From Chrysemys picta bellii (taxonomy: Eukaryota), in NCBI RefSeq assembly GCF_011386835.1, contig NC_088791.1, forward strand, positions 349,804,001 through 349,868,000: a stretch of 64,000 bases of DNA. The letters run 5' to 3'. Numbering within the stretch: the stretch's first letter is position 1; each line of letters starts with the position of its first letter. This document shows positions 36,329 to 47,056 of the stretch, piece by piece. A program made the translations under genes and the position numbers. A model generated the notes under the pieces. The model saw nothing but the letters and a program-made list of their open reading frames with translations, was not told the DNA's origin and ran no database searches.

Positions 36329-37430
36329 ATAGATTCATATAATTTAGGGAAAGAAGGGACCATAAGATTATCAAGTCTGACCGCCTGGAGAATTTTTCCC
36401 AGTTTACCCCCATATTGAGCCCAATGACTTGTATTTGACTAAAGCATCACTTCTGTTCCTCTAAAGTGTATCATTTAGGAAAGCATCTAATATGGGTTTG
36501 GAGATATCAGGAGAATCCACAACGTCCTTTGAGAGTTTGTTCCCCGGTTAATCACCAACACAATTAAAAATATGTGCCTCATTTCCAAATTTAATTTCTC
36601 ACGCTTCAGTGTCCAGCCATTGGTCCTTGTTATACCGTTCCTGCCTAAGTTAAAGGACCTGTTAGTACTTGGTATTTCATTTCTGGAAAAGTGCTTGTAC
36701 ACTGTTATCAAGTCAGTTCTCAATCTTCCCTAGTTCGACTCACTACGTGCCAGTTTATACAGCCATGGGTAAGTTGGAACCGACCGAGGAGGGAAAATGT
36801 ATTAGTCAGTCCCAGGCTGACGTGAACCACCAATGTGATGCAGGAGTGAAGAAAGCTAATGAGATCCTAGAATGTGTCAGGCGAGATAGGGAAGTACTAA
36901 TATCCTTATAACAGACACTGGTGAGAGCTCCTCTGGCAAACTATGTAAAATTCTGGTCACGCATATTCCATAAAGAAGAATTCAGACTGGAACAGGGGCA
37001 AAGAAGGGCTCGTAGGATGGTCAGGGCAAGGGAGGGTCTGGCTTTTGGAGGAGACTGGAAGAACTTGACTGTTCAGCGTAAGACAATACAGGGTGCACGG
37101 GGATCAGATTGCTCTATAAATACTTTGGGAGGAGGAAACAGCAGGGAGAGAGACAAACTCCTGAAGCTAAAGGACAGCATTGGCACAAGAACAAATGGGG
37201 AGAAACAGGCCAAGAGCAAACTGAGGCTAGAAATGAGAAGTTGGTATCTGACCATTAGAATAGGGAGGTTCTGGAACAGCTGCCCAACAGAAAAGGGGGG
37301 AAACAACGTTTGAAGATAGAGCTTAACAGGTTTATGCACTGGGCGATATGCCGGGGTTGCCTGTCACAAAGGGGGATTGGGCTTATGGACCCAGGAGGTC
37401 CCTTTCAGTCTCATGTCCCTATGGATCACA
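36329..37430. mobile_element. Degenerate CR1 fragments in both orientations (paralog ~49502-50086 plus 52307-52830)
   Basis: Minus-strand tail ATAGATTC..AGAAGGGACCAT. Plus-strand remnant HQCDAG.KKAN.IL.C...NY.KFWS..F.K. Confidence 0.7.
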
Positions 37431-37681
37431 TTAGCCCATTTTGAGTCACACTGGGAGCTCATGTGGAGTTGCTTGTCCACTATGACCCTGCTCTGTGCCC
37501 AGGCCAATGGAGCTGTCCCTCAGTAGATTCAGGAGAAAGCATGACTCAGCGTTATCGTCTGGAAAAGGAATTGTTCTTGGGTTCCTGTGTAGTGATGTCA
37601 CAGGAGTTTAATTCCCTGAGTTTCTGGTAATCTCAGCATACTGAGCTGCCAGCTGCCCCCTCCCCAGCCACTAGCCCCAGA

Positions 37682-37775
37682 GAGGAAGGATGGTTCAGTG
37701 GTTAAAGTGCTGGCCTGGGACTCAGAGGAACTGGCTTAAGTTCCAGGCTCTTCCACAGATGACGTTGGGCGACAA
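37682..37775 (+). mobile_element. tRNA-derived CORE-SINE (MIR-like) head
   Basis: A-box-like TGGTTCAGTGGTTAAAG and degenerate B-box. Paralog 53091-53202 continues ...TGTGACCTTGGGCAACTCACTTA, typical of MIR. Confidence 0.65.
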
Positions 37776-37829
37776 ACCTCATCCATCGGTCCCACAGCAA
37801 TATGTGGTTTAATACGGCTCAATGTGAAG

Positions 37830-38590
37830 GTGTACATCTAGGAACTAGGGATGCTGGGCATCCTTACCAGATGGGGGATACAGCCTTGACAAGCAGTGAT
37901 ACTGAGAAAGACTTGGAGGATCAGAGTGGTTAATCAGCTGAACATGACACTAGTGAGACACTAAGAATGAAAAAGCTAGTGCAGTCCAGGATGAACAACC
38001 AAGGGAATCTCGAGTACAAGAAGAGGTTATTTTCCTCTATATTTGGCACTGGTGCAACCACTGCTGGGATATTGTGTCCAGTTCGTGTGTCTACAGTTCA
38101 AGAAAGACATTGATAAATTGAAGACGGTTCGGAGAAAAGCCACGAGAATAATTAAAGGATTAGAAAACCTGCCTTATGGTGATAGATTGAGCTCCTTCAG
38201 TCTATTTAGCATAAGGAAGAGAAGGTTAAGGGGTGATTTAATCACAGTCTGTAAGGTCCTGCATGTGGAACAAATGTTTAACAGTGGGCTCTTCAATCTA
38301 CCAGAGAAGGTTATAACAGGATCCAGTGGCTGGAAGCTGAAGCTAGCCACATTCAGACTAGAACTAAGGTGTAATATTTTCTAACAATGAGGGCAATTAA
38401 CCATTGGAACAATTTACCAAGGGTGGTAGTAGATTCGCCATCACTGACAATTGTTAAATCAAGTCAGGATGTTGTTCTAACATCTCTGCATTAGGACTTC
38501 TTTTGGGGCAGGTCTCTGCCCTGTGCTATACAGGTGGTCAGACTACAAGATAGCAATGGTGCCTTCTGGCTTTGCGATCTGCCCAGTGGT
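37830..38590 (+). mobile_element. Old CR1 ORF2 C-terminus and 3' end (paralog ~53230-54000)
   Basis: ORF 38043-38384 [35 protein letters not shown]. Confidence 0.85.
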
Positions 38591-39362
38591 GTTAATAGCA
38601 CTGCCCTACCACACAGGGTGTTGTACTGATAAATTTGTCACAGATTGATGGGCGCTCAGATGCTACAATAATTGGGGCAAGAACTTTAGAGAGATTTCAG
38701 CTCTGTATTCCACATAGGGACGATTTGGGGTGTTGGGTGGAGAACCTGAACTCTTCCCAAACCTCTTGGTGATGAGGCCTGTCATTAGCACAGCTCCCTT
38801 TGACAAGGGAGTTCTGGGCCCCTCCTGCAGCTCGGCAGTAAGAGGGGAAATCAAGGACGTGCTTTCAGAGAGTGAAGGATCTGGAGAGTGTTGCCTGGCT
38901 GAACAGAGCCCTGCTGGGCTGCCCCTCGCTTAGTTCCTGACCCCCACCCGCTCCATGAGCAGTGAGAGCCGCTCTAGTTCTGGTGATAGATCTCACACTC
39001 TGCATCCAAATTTCCATTATCACCAAGTTTGGGGGTAACTGGATAAGGGGGAGGGGGTTGTTTGGGTCCAATAGAGAGCTAGCAGTAGGCACTTGTAACT
39101 GGGTTTGGGTCATGCCTCTTTCTATCAAGAATGTGCATGGCCTTGCTTACCCAATGTTTGCATGGCTCATGGCTGAAGAAGGGGAAAGACTGAGTTGTGT
39201 CTCAGGTACCAAGTGGCTCTGCGAGCCAGTCACTGTTTTGTCCAGCTGTCTCTGGCATAACCCTGTTCCTTACAGCCGGGGGCTCTGTAGCCCAGGGTAG
39301 AGGGAAACTGCATCTCTGCCCCTGATGGACTGTGTGACCATAAATATCCACTAACCAACCCT

Positions 39363-39713
39363 CAGTGTCGCCTTTTGTCAGTGCTCTGCTAGAAATACGG
39401 CCAGTAGCGACCCCACTAGGGACTTTATTGGGACTCTCACACTATTTCCTGTCTTTCTGAAAGCCCCAACTTCTGGGGTCAAGACAGTGCATGGGAATCT
39501 CAGCTTTCAGTTTTCTTTACAAAGTGTATTTAAAAAGTGAGTTGCAGAAAAGCTAGGAAACCTAAATCAGGTGACCCCAAAGGGTCAGAAACAAAAGGCA
39601 AATGAAAAAGAAACTCTCGTAAGTATATTTTAAAATCTCATTATGTTTAACCAATCTCATGATTTTCTGGGGGTGTGACTCATCATTTTTTAATTGGGTT
39701 AATTGCGATACCG
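39363..39713. mobile_element. Probable hAT-derived MITE (partial copy 16980-17193)
   Basis: Degenerate ends CAGTGTCGCC / GCGATACCG (GGTGATACTG in the other copy). CCAATCTCATGATTTT subterminal motif. Confidence 0.4.
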
Positions 39714-40000
39714 CACAAGTAGTTCAAAAGATGTGAAGGGCAACTAGGAAAAGTCATAAAAATTAAGAACAATTTTTTAAAAGTACATCAGAAGCAGGAA
39801 GCCTGCCAAACAAGGAGTGGAGCCACTGGATGACTGAAGTGCTAAAGGAGCACTCAAGGAAGATGTGGCTGTTGTGTAGAGGGTAAATGAATTCTTTGCA
39901 TTGGTGTTCACTGCAGAGGATGTGAGGGAGATTCCCACAAATGAGTCCCTCTTTTTAGGAGACAAATTGACTCCCACATCAAGGTGTCAGTAGAGGAGGT

Positions 40001-40800
40001 TGTGATGCTACACCCCATATTCATGAGAGTGGTATGATTATGACATAGTAATGATGTATCTGATACAAGATAAGTCTTGTGGTGTGTCACTGGAAAAGTT
40101 AGGATTTGCTGAATATTATTATCCCATTTGTGTGCATGTATTATTTTTGTGCCTGAAGTGATCAGTATGGACTATATATCTGTATTTCAAATGTACTTAC
40201 TCTGGGTAACACCCACAACTAGCCTTTCAGGTACAACAAGGAAAAAGCAAGACACTGGACGGTAGAAACGCTTAGACTTCCTGTGAGCATTTCAGCCACC
40301 CTATGAGTAATGGCTGCTATGAATTCACGGTGCATGCAAGGACATGGGACCAGACCTCATGAAACTGAACTCCAATTTGGTATCTGTATTTTTACACAAA
40401 CTGGACTGGGAATTTAGCTTGAAACCAAGGGTTCTCGCCACATGGAAAAACTGAATAAGGTGTGGAGTGACATCATCTCTTTGCCTCCATCCCCACAGCA
40501 GAGAACTCCCAGAAACACCTGAGGATCAAAGATTGAACTGGGGGAAGTGCTGGTCTCGGGCTAAAAGGATTTCTAGCCTCTGTATGAAAACATGGTGGAC
40601 TGCTAGTATGATCAGTCAGGATGACAAACATCTAATTCATATCCTGTCTCTAGTATGTTAGGCTCAGTTTGCAGGTCAGTTTACTTGCTAGGTAATTGCT
40701 TTGATGTATTTGCTATCGCTTGTATTCGCGTAAAATCTTTCTTTAGTTAATAAACTTGTTTTCTTTTTTATCATAACCAGTGTGTTTTGCATGAACCCTG
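40001..40800 (+). mobile_element. LTR (Gypsy-like) fragment, paralog of 17482-18290
   Basis: Near-identical sequence at the same CR1 junction (GAGGAGGT|TGTGATGCT). Confidence 0.6.
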
Positions 40801-43089
40801 ATGTGCACAGCTACAACACTCACACCATAGCAACTCTTCTATTTTTAACATAGTCCATCAATACATTCAGCGCAGTCAAAAACACCCCAACTTAACAAGA
40901 TAGAGAATGTACATCTACACTTCCATATACTCACACCATCCCCTGTAGAACAACCTGAAGTGTTATCCATCATCTTCCTCATCACGTTCCCTATCACCAC
41001 CAGTGGCCATTACTCTGACATCTCCCAAGAGCTACATCTCCCTACTGCCCCTAGGTTGGGATGACACCTTTATAATTTGTTACACTGATGCCAGTATATG
41101 TGATACATATTCAGTAGGGGATTTCCCCCCCTTTCCTTATTTGTATTTCCTCCCCTTACTAAGGTTGGAGTGTCTTTTTCCTCTAGGTTTGTATATCAAT
41201 GATCTCAAATTATTATTATATACGTCAATTTGTTATCCCCGGCCCTTTTATGCTTAGGTATCACATTTGTTATTTCTGTCCTAACCGGTTATTTGGGGTT
41301 TTTCCAAGTTGTGGTGTACCTGTTAAGTTTAAAAGGATATGAACTTAGGAAACCTGCTTTAACACATCATATGTGGACCTTATGCTTTAGCTCATCACTG
41401 TCTATCTAGGTGAAAGGTCCCGAACATATATGAGCTAACTTTTCTATCTGGGTGAAAGGGCCCAGACATGTGTATGCTAACTTTGCCTTAGCTCAACATA
41501 CAGGACATGGCCTGTAAGTCCCTTGTGTTACAGCCAAACTACTTTAATATAAACGTATGATAACCTATTATAATAAAACAAATAACCAAACCATAAGGCA
41601 ATAAGAAATCCATAAGAAAAGGTATATAGGCAAGCAAGCAGGTTAACCCTATAGGCCACATTTGTGAAGGCCAAAAGAGGAACTCGTCCAAAAGAGAATC
41701 GGATAAGTTCATAGAGAATAGATCCATCAATAGCTATTAGCCAAGACGGTGAGTGACGCAGCCCCATGTTCTGGGTCTCTAAGCCTCTGACTGCCAGAAC
41801 TGGGAACAGACACAGGGGATGGATCACTCTTCTGTTTGTTCCCTCTAAAGTATTTTCACAGACCACTCTCAGAAGAAAGGACACTGGGCTAGATGGACCA
41901 TTGGTCTTACTCCATAAGGCCGTTCTTATGTTCTTAACTTCTTCCACTGATCAATGTGCATTTTCATTCCTCATGGAGAAGAGAAAGAACTCCCTCCCCA
42001 CCCCCACCCCCACCCCGTAATGATCCCAGGATATTTTATGGAATCTCCCTTCCCTGGTCTGCACCCTGGGTTTGTAATGCAGGAAAGGGGGCTGCTGGGG
42101 AGAAATCTGCTCCTTAATTATATTATTATTCTATTTTATTTTATTTCATCAAGATCACAGGTGTGACAGCATCATCATTACCACTCGAGGTATCCTTCTG
42201 ACTAATCGGAACCATAAACAGTGATGACAAGCCCAGATTCCAGGAGTAGACCCTGCAGCAGAGCTGGCGCTGAAGTCCAGTTGGGTAGCAGCACCGTGCA
42301 TCCCCTGTGATTTGGCCTCCTGCAGTTTGCCATTGGCCATGATGGGGTTAAAGATGATGCACACGAAGCCAAGCAGCTGAGGTTCCCTGATGGCCAAGTG
42401 GCCCCCAAGGGAATGTGCAGACATGCTTCATAAAGACTCCCGATCTGAACAGATACTGCCTGCTGCCTGTGTAACCTCTCCGATGACTCCTTGTCCTTTA
42501 GGGTGAAGACCTCTGGTGTCAGCGGCTCCTCGTCTAGCAGGAATTGGGTACGTTGGCAGGTTTCACTACCTTTAAAATGCGCAGTGAAGGGTAAAGGCTG
42601 CCAGCTGTTTCCATTTGCAGATGTTCTGCGCAGCGGCAGAGGGCTGTCGGGGTGTCTCAGTGATGGGGCTGGAGGACAGGCAGCACTAGGTAGCTTGGGA
42701 ACCCCTCCACTACATCTGTTCATGCTGCTCTGTGAGTTATTCAAGTTGCACAAAAATCTGATATTCAAAGTGAGCTCAGAATGTTAAAACCCCAATGCCC
42801 TGAGTCAGGATTTCTCCAGTGGTCCCATTTCTCAAGGTACCCTGTGATCTGGGCTGATCCTGCCAGGGGCTGAGCGAGAAGAGACCCCACAGAATATCCG
42901 TGACTAGTTCCCAAATTGTCTCAGGTTTATTTTCCCAGGGAAGTTTAATCAGCAAATGAATTTTCAAAGGTTTTATTCTGTGGCTCGACTGTCATCGCAG
43001 GAATTCAGAGCTGCATTGCTCTGTGGTAACAGCTGCAATAGGGCATATTTCCATGTCCTGACTGGCTGAGGGCTCCAGCGTTTGTACGC

Positions 43090-43880
43090 TGTAGATACCC
43101 CTCAGAGTTCCAGGGCTACCAGCATCTCTGTCCCCTCTCTGGTCTTTGAGTGCCAGATGTCAGGCCTTGTAGTCTTCCCTCTCGTAGGGTGGAATTCTGT
43201 GATGCTCCCACCCTCAGACTGGGCCCTGGGCTACTGCACACTGCTTGATGACTGGGCTTGCCCAGCAGGTCTGAGTGGGTTTGGCTCCTGTGGTTCTTCC
43301 CTTTGGGAGTCCGTGACTAGTGGTGAGACGAGTGACCAGTCAGCCTCCTTGAACCAAACTACTGTTTAATATGAATATTAGGAATGAAGCGTAACATGGG
43401 AGAATCAGAGGGTTTTAAAACAGCAGTCTGTACACGTCTCTGACCCCAAACCCTACTCCTCTGACGGGGACCCAGGCAGGCTGAGGGCCTTCAGACTTCC
43501 CAGCGGTGTCTCTGCCTGTCAATCTGAAGAGCTTCTCAGAAACAGATTCCACACCTCTGGACAGACTCACAGCACTGGCAAAACAAGCTGTGTAACGTGG
43601 CTGGAGCCTGGAAATAGGCTCTTCCCAGCTTATAACTCCTGTGTTGTCGACCTCCCTGCGGTGCTGACTGAGCGATGGCGTTTCTTGAGCTGTTGCTTCC
43701 CTTCTTACTTATTTTCCAGCCGCCTGCTGTTAAACTAGGAAGATCCATACTGGTTTCACCCAATGTAGCCATAACATAAATATCCCAAATGTTAACCCTA
43801 TATAGTTATACAGCAAACATCCCCAGAACTGGGTTTAACAGACACATTCATTATGGCAGCTCAGCTCCCTGTCTGTCACA
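43090..43880. mobile_element. Solo LTR (TG...CA)
   Basis: Flanks ACGC / ATGC. Paralog of 58089-58880. Confidence 0.75.
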
Positions 43881-44235
43881 ATGCTGTTCCCAGATGCTAC
43901 GTATTTTATGAACGCAGGACATAGACAGTTAAAGATCTAGAGAGTGAGAGCAATAGACGACTTTCACATGTGAAATGAAGTTCCATTTCCATGAATACTC
44001 ATGCATTTGACTTTGAAATCCACTTCCTGCAAACCCTCATCATGCCTGAATAACAGGTGCTGAGAGTGACAGCTCAGGGATTGGATATTTTCTATACTGA
44101 TCCCAGTGCCTGTTACAACTCCAGACAAAGGCTACAGACTGACAGAACAGAACCTGAGGAGAACCAGTCAGCTATTAACCCAGGACAGAGGAGCTACTAG
44201 ACTTCTGTTTACTGACAAGTGACTGAATGAGGTCT

Positions 44236-44460
44236 AGTATCAGAGGGGTAGCCGTGTTAGTCTGAATCTGTAAAAAGCAACAGAGGGTCCTGTGGCACCT
44301 TTGAGACTAACAGAAGTATAGGGAGCATAAGCTTTCGTGGGTAAGAACCTCACTTCTTCAGATGCAAGACTTGCATCTGAAGAAGTGAGGTTCTTACCCA
44401 CGAAAGCTTATGCTCCCTATACTTCTGTTAGTCTCAAAGGTGCCACAGGACCCTCTGTTG
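44236..44460. mobile_element. Penelope terminal-repeat mini-element with inverted duplication
   Basis: 13-bp TSD CTGAATGAGGTCT (44223-44235, 44461-44473). Empty sites in paralogs (~23073, ~59240). Contains the palindrome 44276-44462. Confidence 0.92.
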
Positions 44461-44462
44461 CT
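44276..44462. repeat. Perfect 187-bp palindrome (93-bp arms, 1-nt centre at 44369)
   Basis: Arms compared base by base with no mismatch. Confidence 0.97.
44373..44413 (+). ncRNA. Minimal hammerhead motif (mirror copy on - strand at 44325-44365)
   Basis: GCAT-CTGAAGA-A-GTG(A)GG(TTCTTA)CCCAC-GAAA-GCTT-ATGC. Intact CUGANGA/GAAA core, bulged stem II. Confidence 0.7.
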
Positions 44463-46120
44463 GAATGAGGTCTGAGACCCTGCGATCTTTTCAGATTCTG
44501 ACGAAATCCAGGTGACAGATGCTACATTTTAAGTTCCACTCTGACCTGAGAAATCATCTCTGAAAGAAGAGGAGAGGGGAAAGAACGGGTTGATATGTGT
44601 GTGCTAAACTACAGATGTGTAAATGTTATACAAAAACTTTTCATTGTATTAAAATATTGCAAACCAAACTTTTATTAGGAGTAGTGAAAACTTTGCTGCT
44701 TAATGGCTTTTACTTTAGAAAGTATTCTCCACATACAGTTTGCAATGGTTTGTGCAAATAACTCTTTTTTGAACAGTTGTATGATAGTATCCCCTGGTAA
44801 CTGACCAGAAGCTGTTTCTAACACTTACATTCAGGGTCATGCACACAATCCCTCTCAAATACCGCTGCCAGTCTTTCCAAAAAGTTATGAGAGAACAGAA
44901 CTGCCGGTCTTTGTTTCAGTATTGTTACAGAGCTGAGATGCAGGAAAGGGGAGTGCTATATTAGTTGTAAGTAATTTACACCCATCACCTCTTACATGAG
45001 CATGGCTGAAGTAATTTGCGCACACAAGTGGATATTAGTGCAAACATAGTGTTTGCATATTCACCCATTTGTGACGCCAATCCATCCCAGGCCCAGCTGA
45101 AGTAACTGTCTATGTTAGCTTGGAACTTACCAAGTATCTTTAGACCCTGGCATGGGGAGAGATGCAGGTCCAGTGAGGAAGATCGAATGCTCAGGATTCA
45201 GTTAACATTAACCAGGCAAAGCATTTCAGCTTCCCTTGGAGGGATTCTTGGGGGTTAGAGTGTATCACCCGGAGTATATGATAAGGGAGAGTTAATAGAG
45301 CCTGGTTCTGACTGAATTTACACATGCAAATCTGGAGCAACCCAGTTGAAGTCACTATTATGTAATTAAGACCCTGGCATTAAGAATTTATCCCATGTAC
45401 TGGAAAGAGACAGTGGAATAATTTGAAGTCTCAGCAGTGGGGAAAATAAAAAGTATATATATGAGGCAATGAAACACGTTTATAAATAGCTTCAATGCAG
45501 GGCAGATAAATACAATGACCGTCTTCACCATGCGCTTGCCATGTGTTTATAGATGTCATGATACAATGGGCCACACTCAGAAGGGGAGAGCCAGAAAGTG
45601 TGTCTGTGTGAAGGTCACAATTGTAAAATCACACAGTGCTCAAGTAGGCTGTGGATCTCCCAGCCACAAGATATCAATGGGGCCAAAAGCTTCTCAGAAT
45701 TGAAAGAGAGATGGTAATCAGTAAATCCAATTACAGTACTGAGAATTTTTCTTAAAAATGTCTTGTAAGGGCTCTACACCTTCTTGCTTTACACAAGAAA
45801 ATATGTCTGACTTTCCCTGGGATCAGGGAATCTCTTAGTTCCCTATTGCAGGGCTTCTTCCTCCTTCCTTTGCAGCATCTCGTACTGGCCACTGGATACT
45901 GGCTAGATGGACTGTAGGTCTGATCCAGTCTGGCAGTGCCTATCTTCCTTTTGGTGGTATAATTCCAAAACAATGTTTTTGCTGATTTTCCTTGAGGTCC
46001 TGGGAATCTCTAGATTTGCACTGAGAGCAGAAAGTTGTCTCGATAAATATCATCTAGTCTCCTGTTCTTTTTGTTTTCAGGAAGGAAAGTTCAAAAGTCC
46101 CTGGATCTGCCCAGTATATT

Positions 46121-47056
46121 ATGTCAGCTGTCAATGACACCAAATTCAACTCTGCAGTGTTCCTTCTCACTGGGATACCTGGGCTGGAAGACGTCCATAT
46201 CTGGATCTCTATCCCCTTCTGCTTAATGTATGTTATTTCAATATTAGGAAATTCAGCCATTCTGTTCATTATAAAAACAGATCCAAGCCTCCATGAGCCC
46301 ATGTACATTTTCCTTTCCATGTTGGCCGTCACAGACCTTAGCTTATCAATAGCCACCATACCAACGATACTAGGTATATACTTGTTTAACTCTAGGGGAA
46401 TCAGCCTCAATGCCTGTTTTGCCCAGCTGTTCTTTGTCCACTCGCTTTCAAAAATGGAATCCTCCGTCCTCTTGTTGATGGCCTTTGACCGCTTCATCGC
46501 AATCTGTAACCCACTGAGATATGCCTCCATCTTAACTACACCAAGAATAGCGAAGATGGGACTGGTGGCTGTTCTAAGATCAGTGGCCGTAATACTCCCA
46601 CTCCCCATTCTCCTGAAACGGTTCCAATACTGTCGAGACAATGTCCTCTCCCATTCCTACTGCCTTCACCAGGACGTCATGAAGGCAGCTTGTTCAGACA
46701 TCTCAGTGAACAGCATCTATGGCTTGTTTGTTAAAGTCTTCACAGTTGGGTTGGACTCGTTCCTCATCTTCCTCTCTTATGTGATGATCGTCAAAACAGT
46801 GCTGAGCGTTGCGTCCCGCACAGAGTGCCTGAGGGCCCTGAACACCTGCGTCTCCCACCTCTGCGCTGTCGTGCTCTTCTACATATCAGACATTGGCCTG
46901 GCTTTGATACACAGATTCGGAAATAGCTCTACTCACTTGCTTCAGATTATCCTGGGCTATGTCTACCTGCTGGTCCCGCCCCTGATGAACCCAATCGTGT
47001 ACAGTGTGAAAAGCAAACACCTTCGTGAGAGGATAATCAGGTCATTTGTCAAGTGA
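46121..47056 (+). CDS. OR5: class I olfactory receptor, family 51-like, intact 311 aa
   Basis: All OR motifs present. Confidence 0.97.
   Translation: MSAVNDTKFNSAVFLLTGIPGLEDVHIWISIPFCLMYVISILGNSAILFIIKTDPSLHEPMYIFLSMLAVTDLSLSIATIPTILGIYLFNSRGISLNACFAQLFFVHSLSKMESSVLLLMAFDRFIAICNPLRYASILTTPRIAKMGLVAVLRSVAVILPLPILLKRFQYCRDNVLSHSYCLHQDVMKAACSDISVNSIYGLFVKVFTVGLDSFLIFLSYVMIVKTVLSVASRTECLRALNTCVSHLCAVVLFYISDIGLALIHRFGNSSTHLLQIILGYVYLLVPPLMNPIVYSVKSKHLRERIIRSFVK

Noticed and set aside
37682-37775. tRNA gene
   Set aside because: Only a degenerate A/B-box head followed by MIR-like sequence. No cloverleaf could be folded.
44276-44462. CRISPR-like or miRNA-like interpretation of the repeated GTGGCACC..GAGACTAAC sequences and hairpins
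   Set aside because: Eukaryotic context. The repeats are dispersed, carry TSDs, and match the Penelope terminal repeat. Perfect long hairpins are not typical pre-miRNAs.
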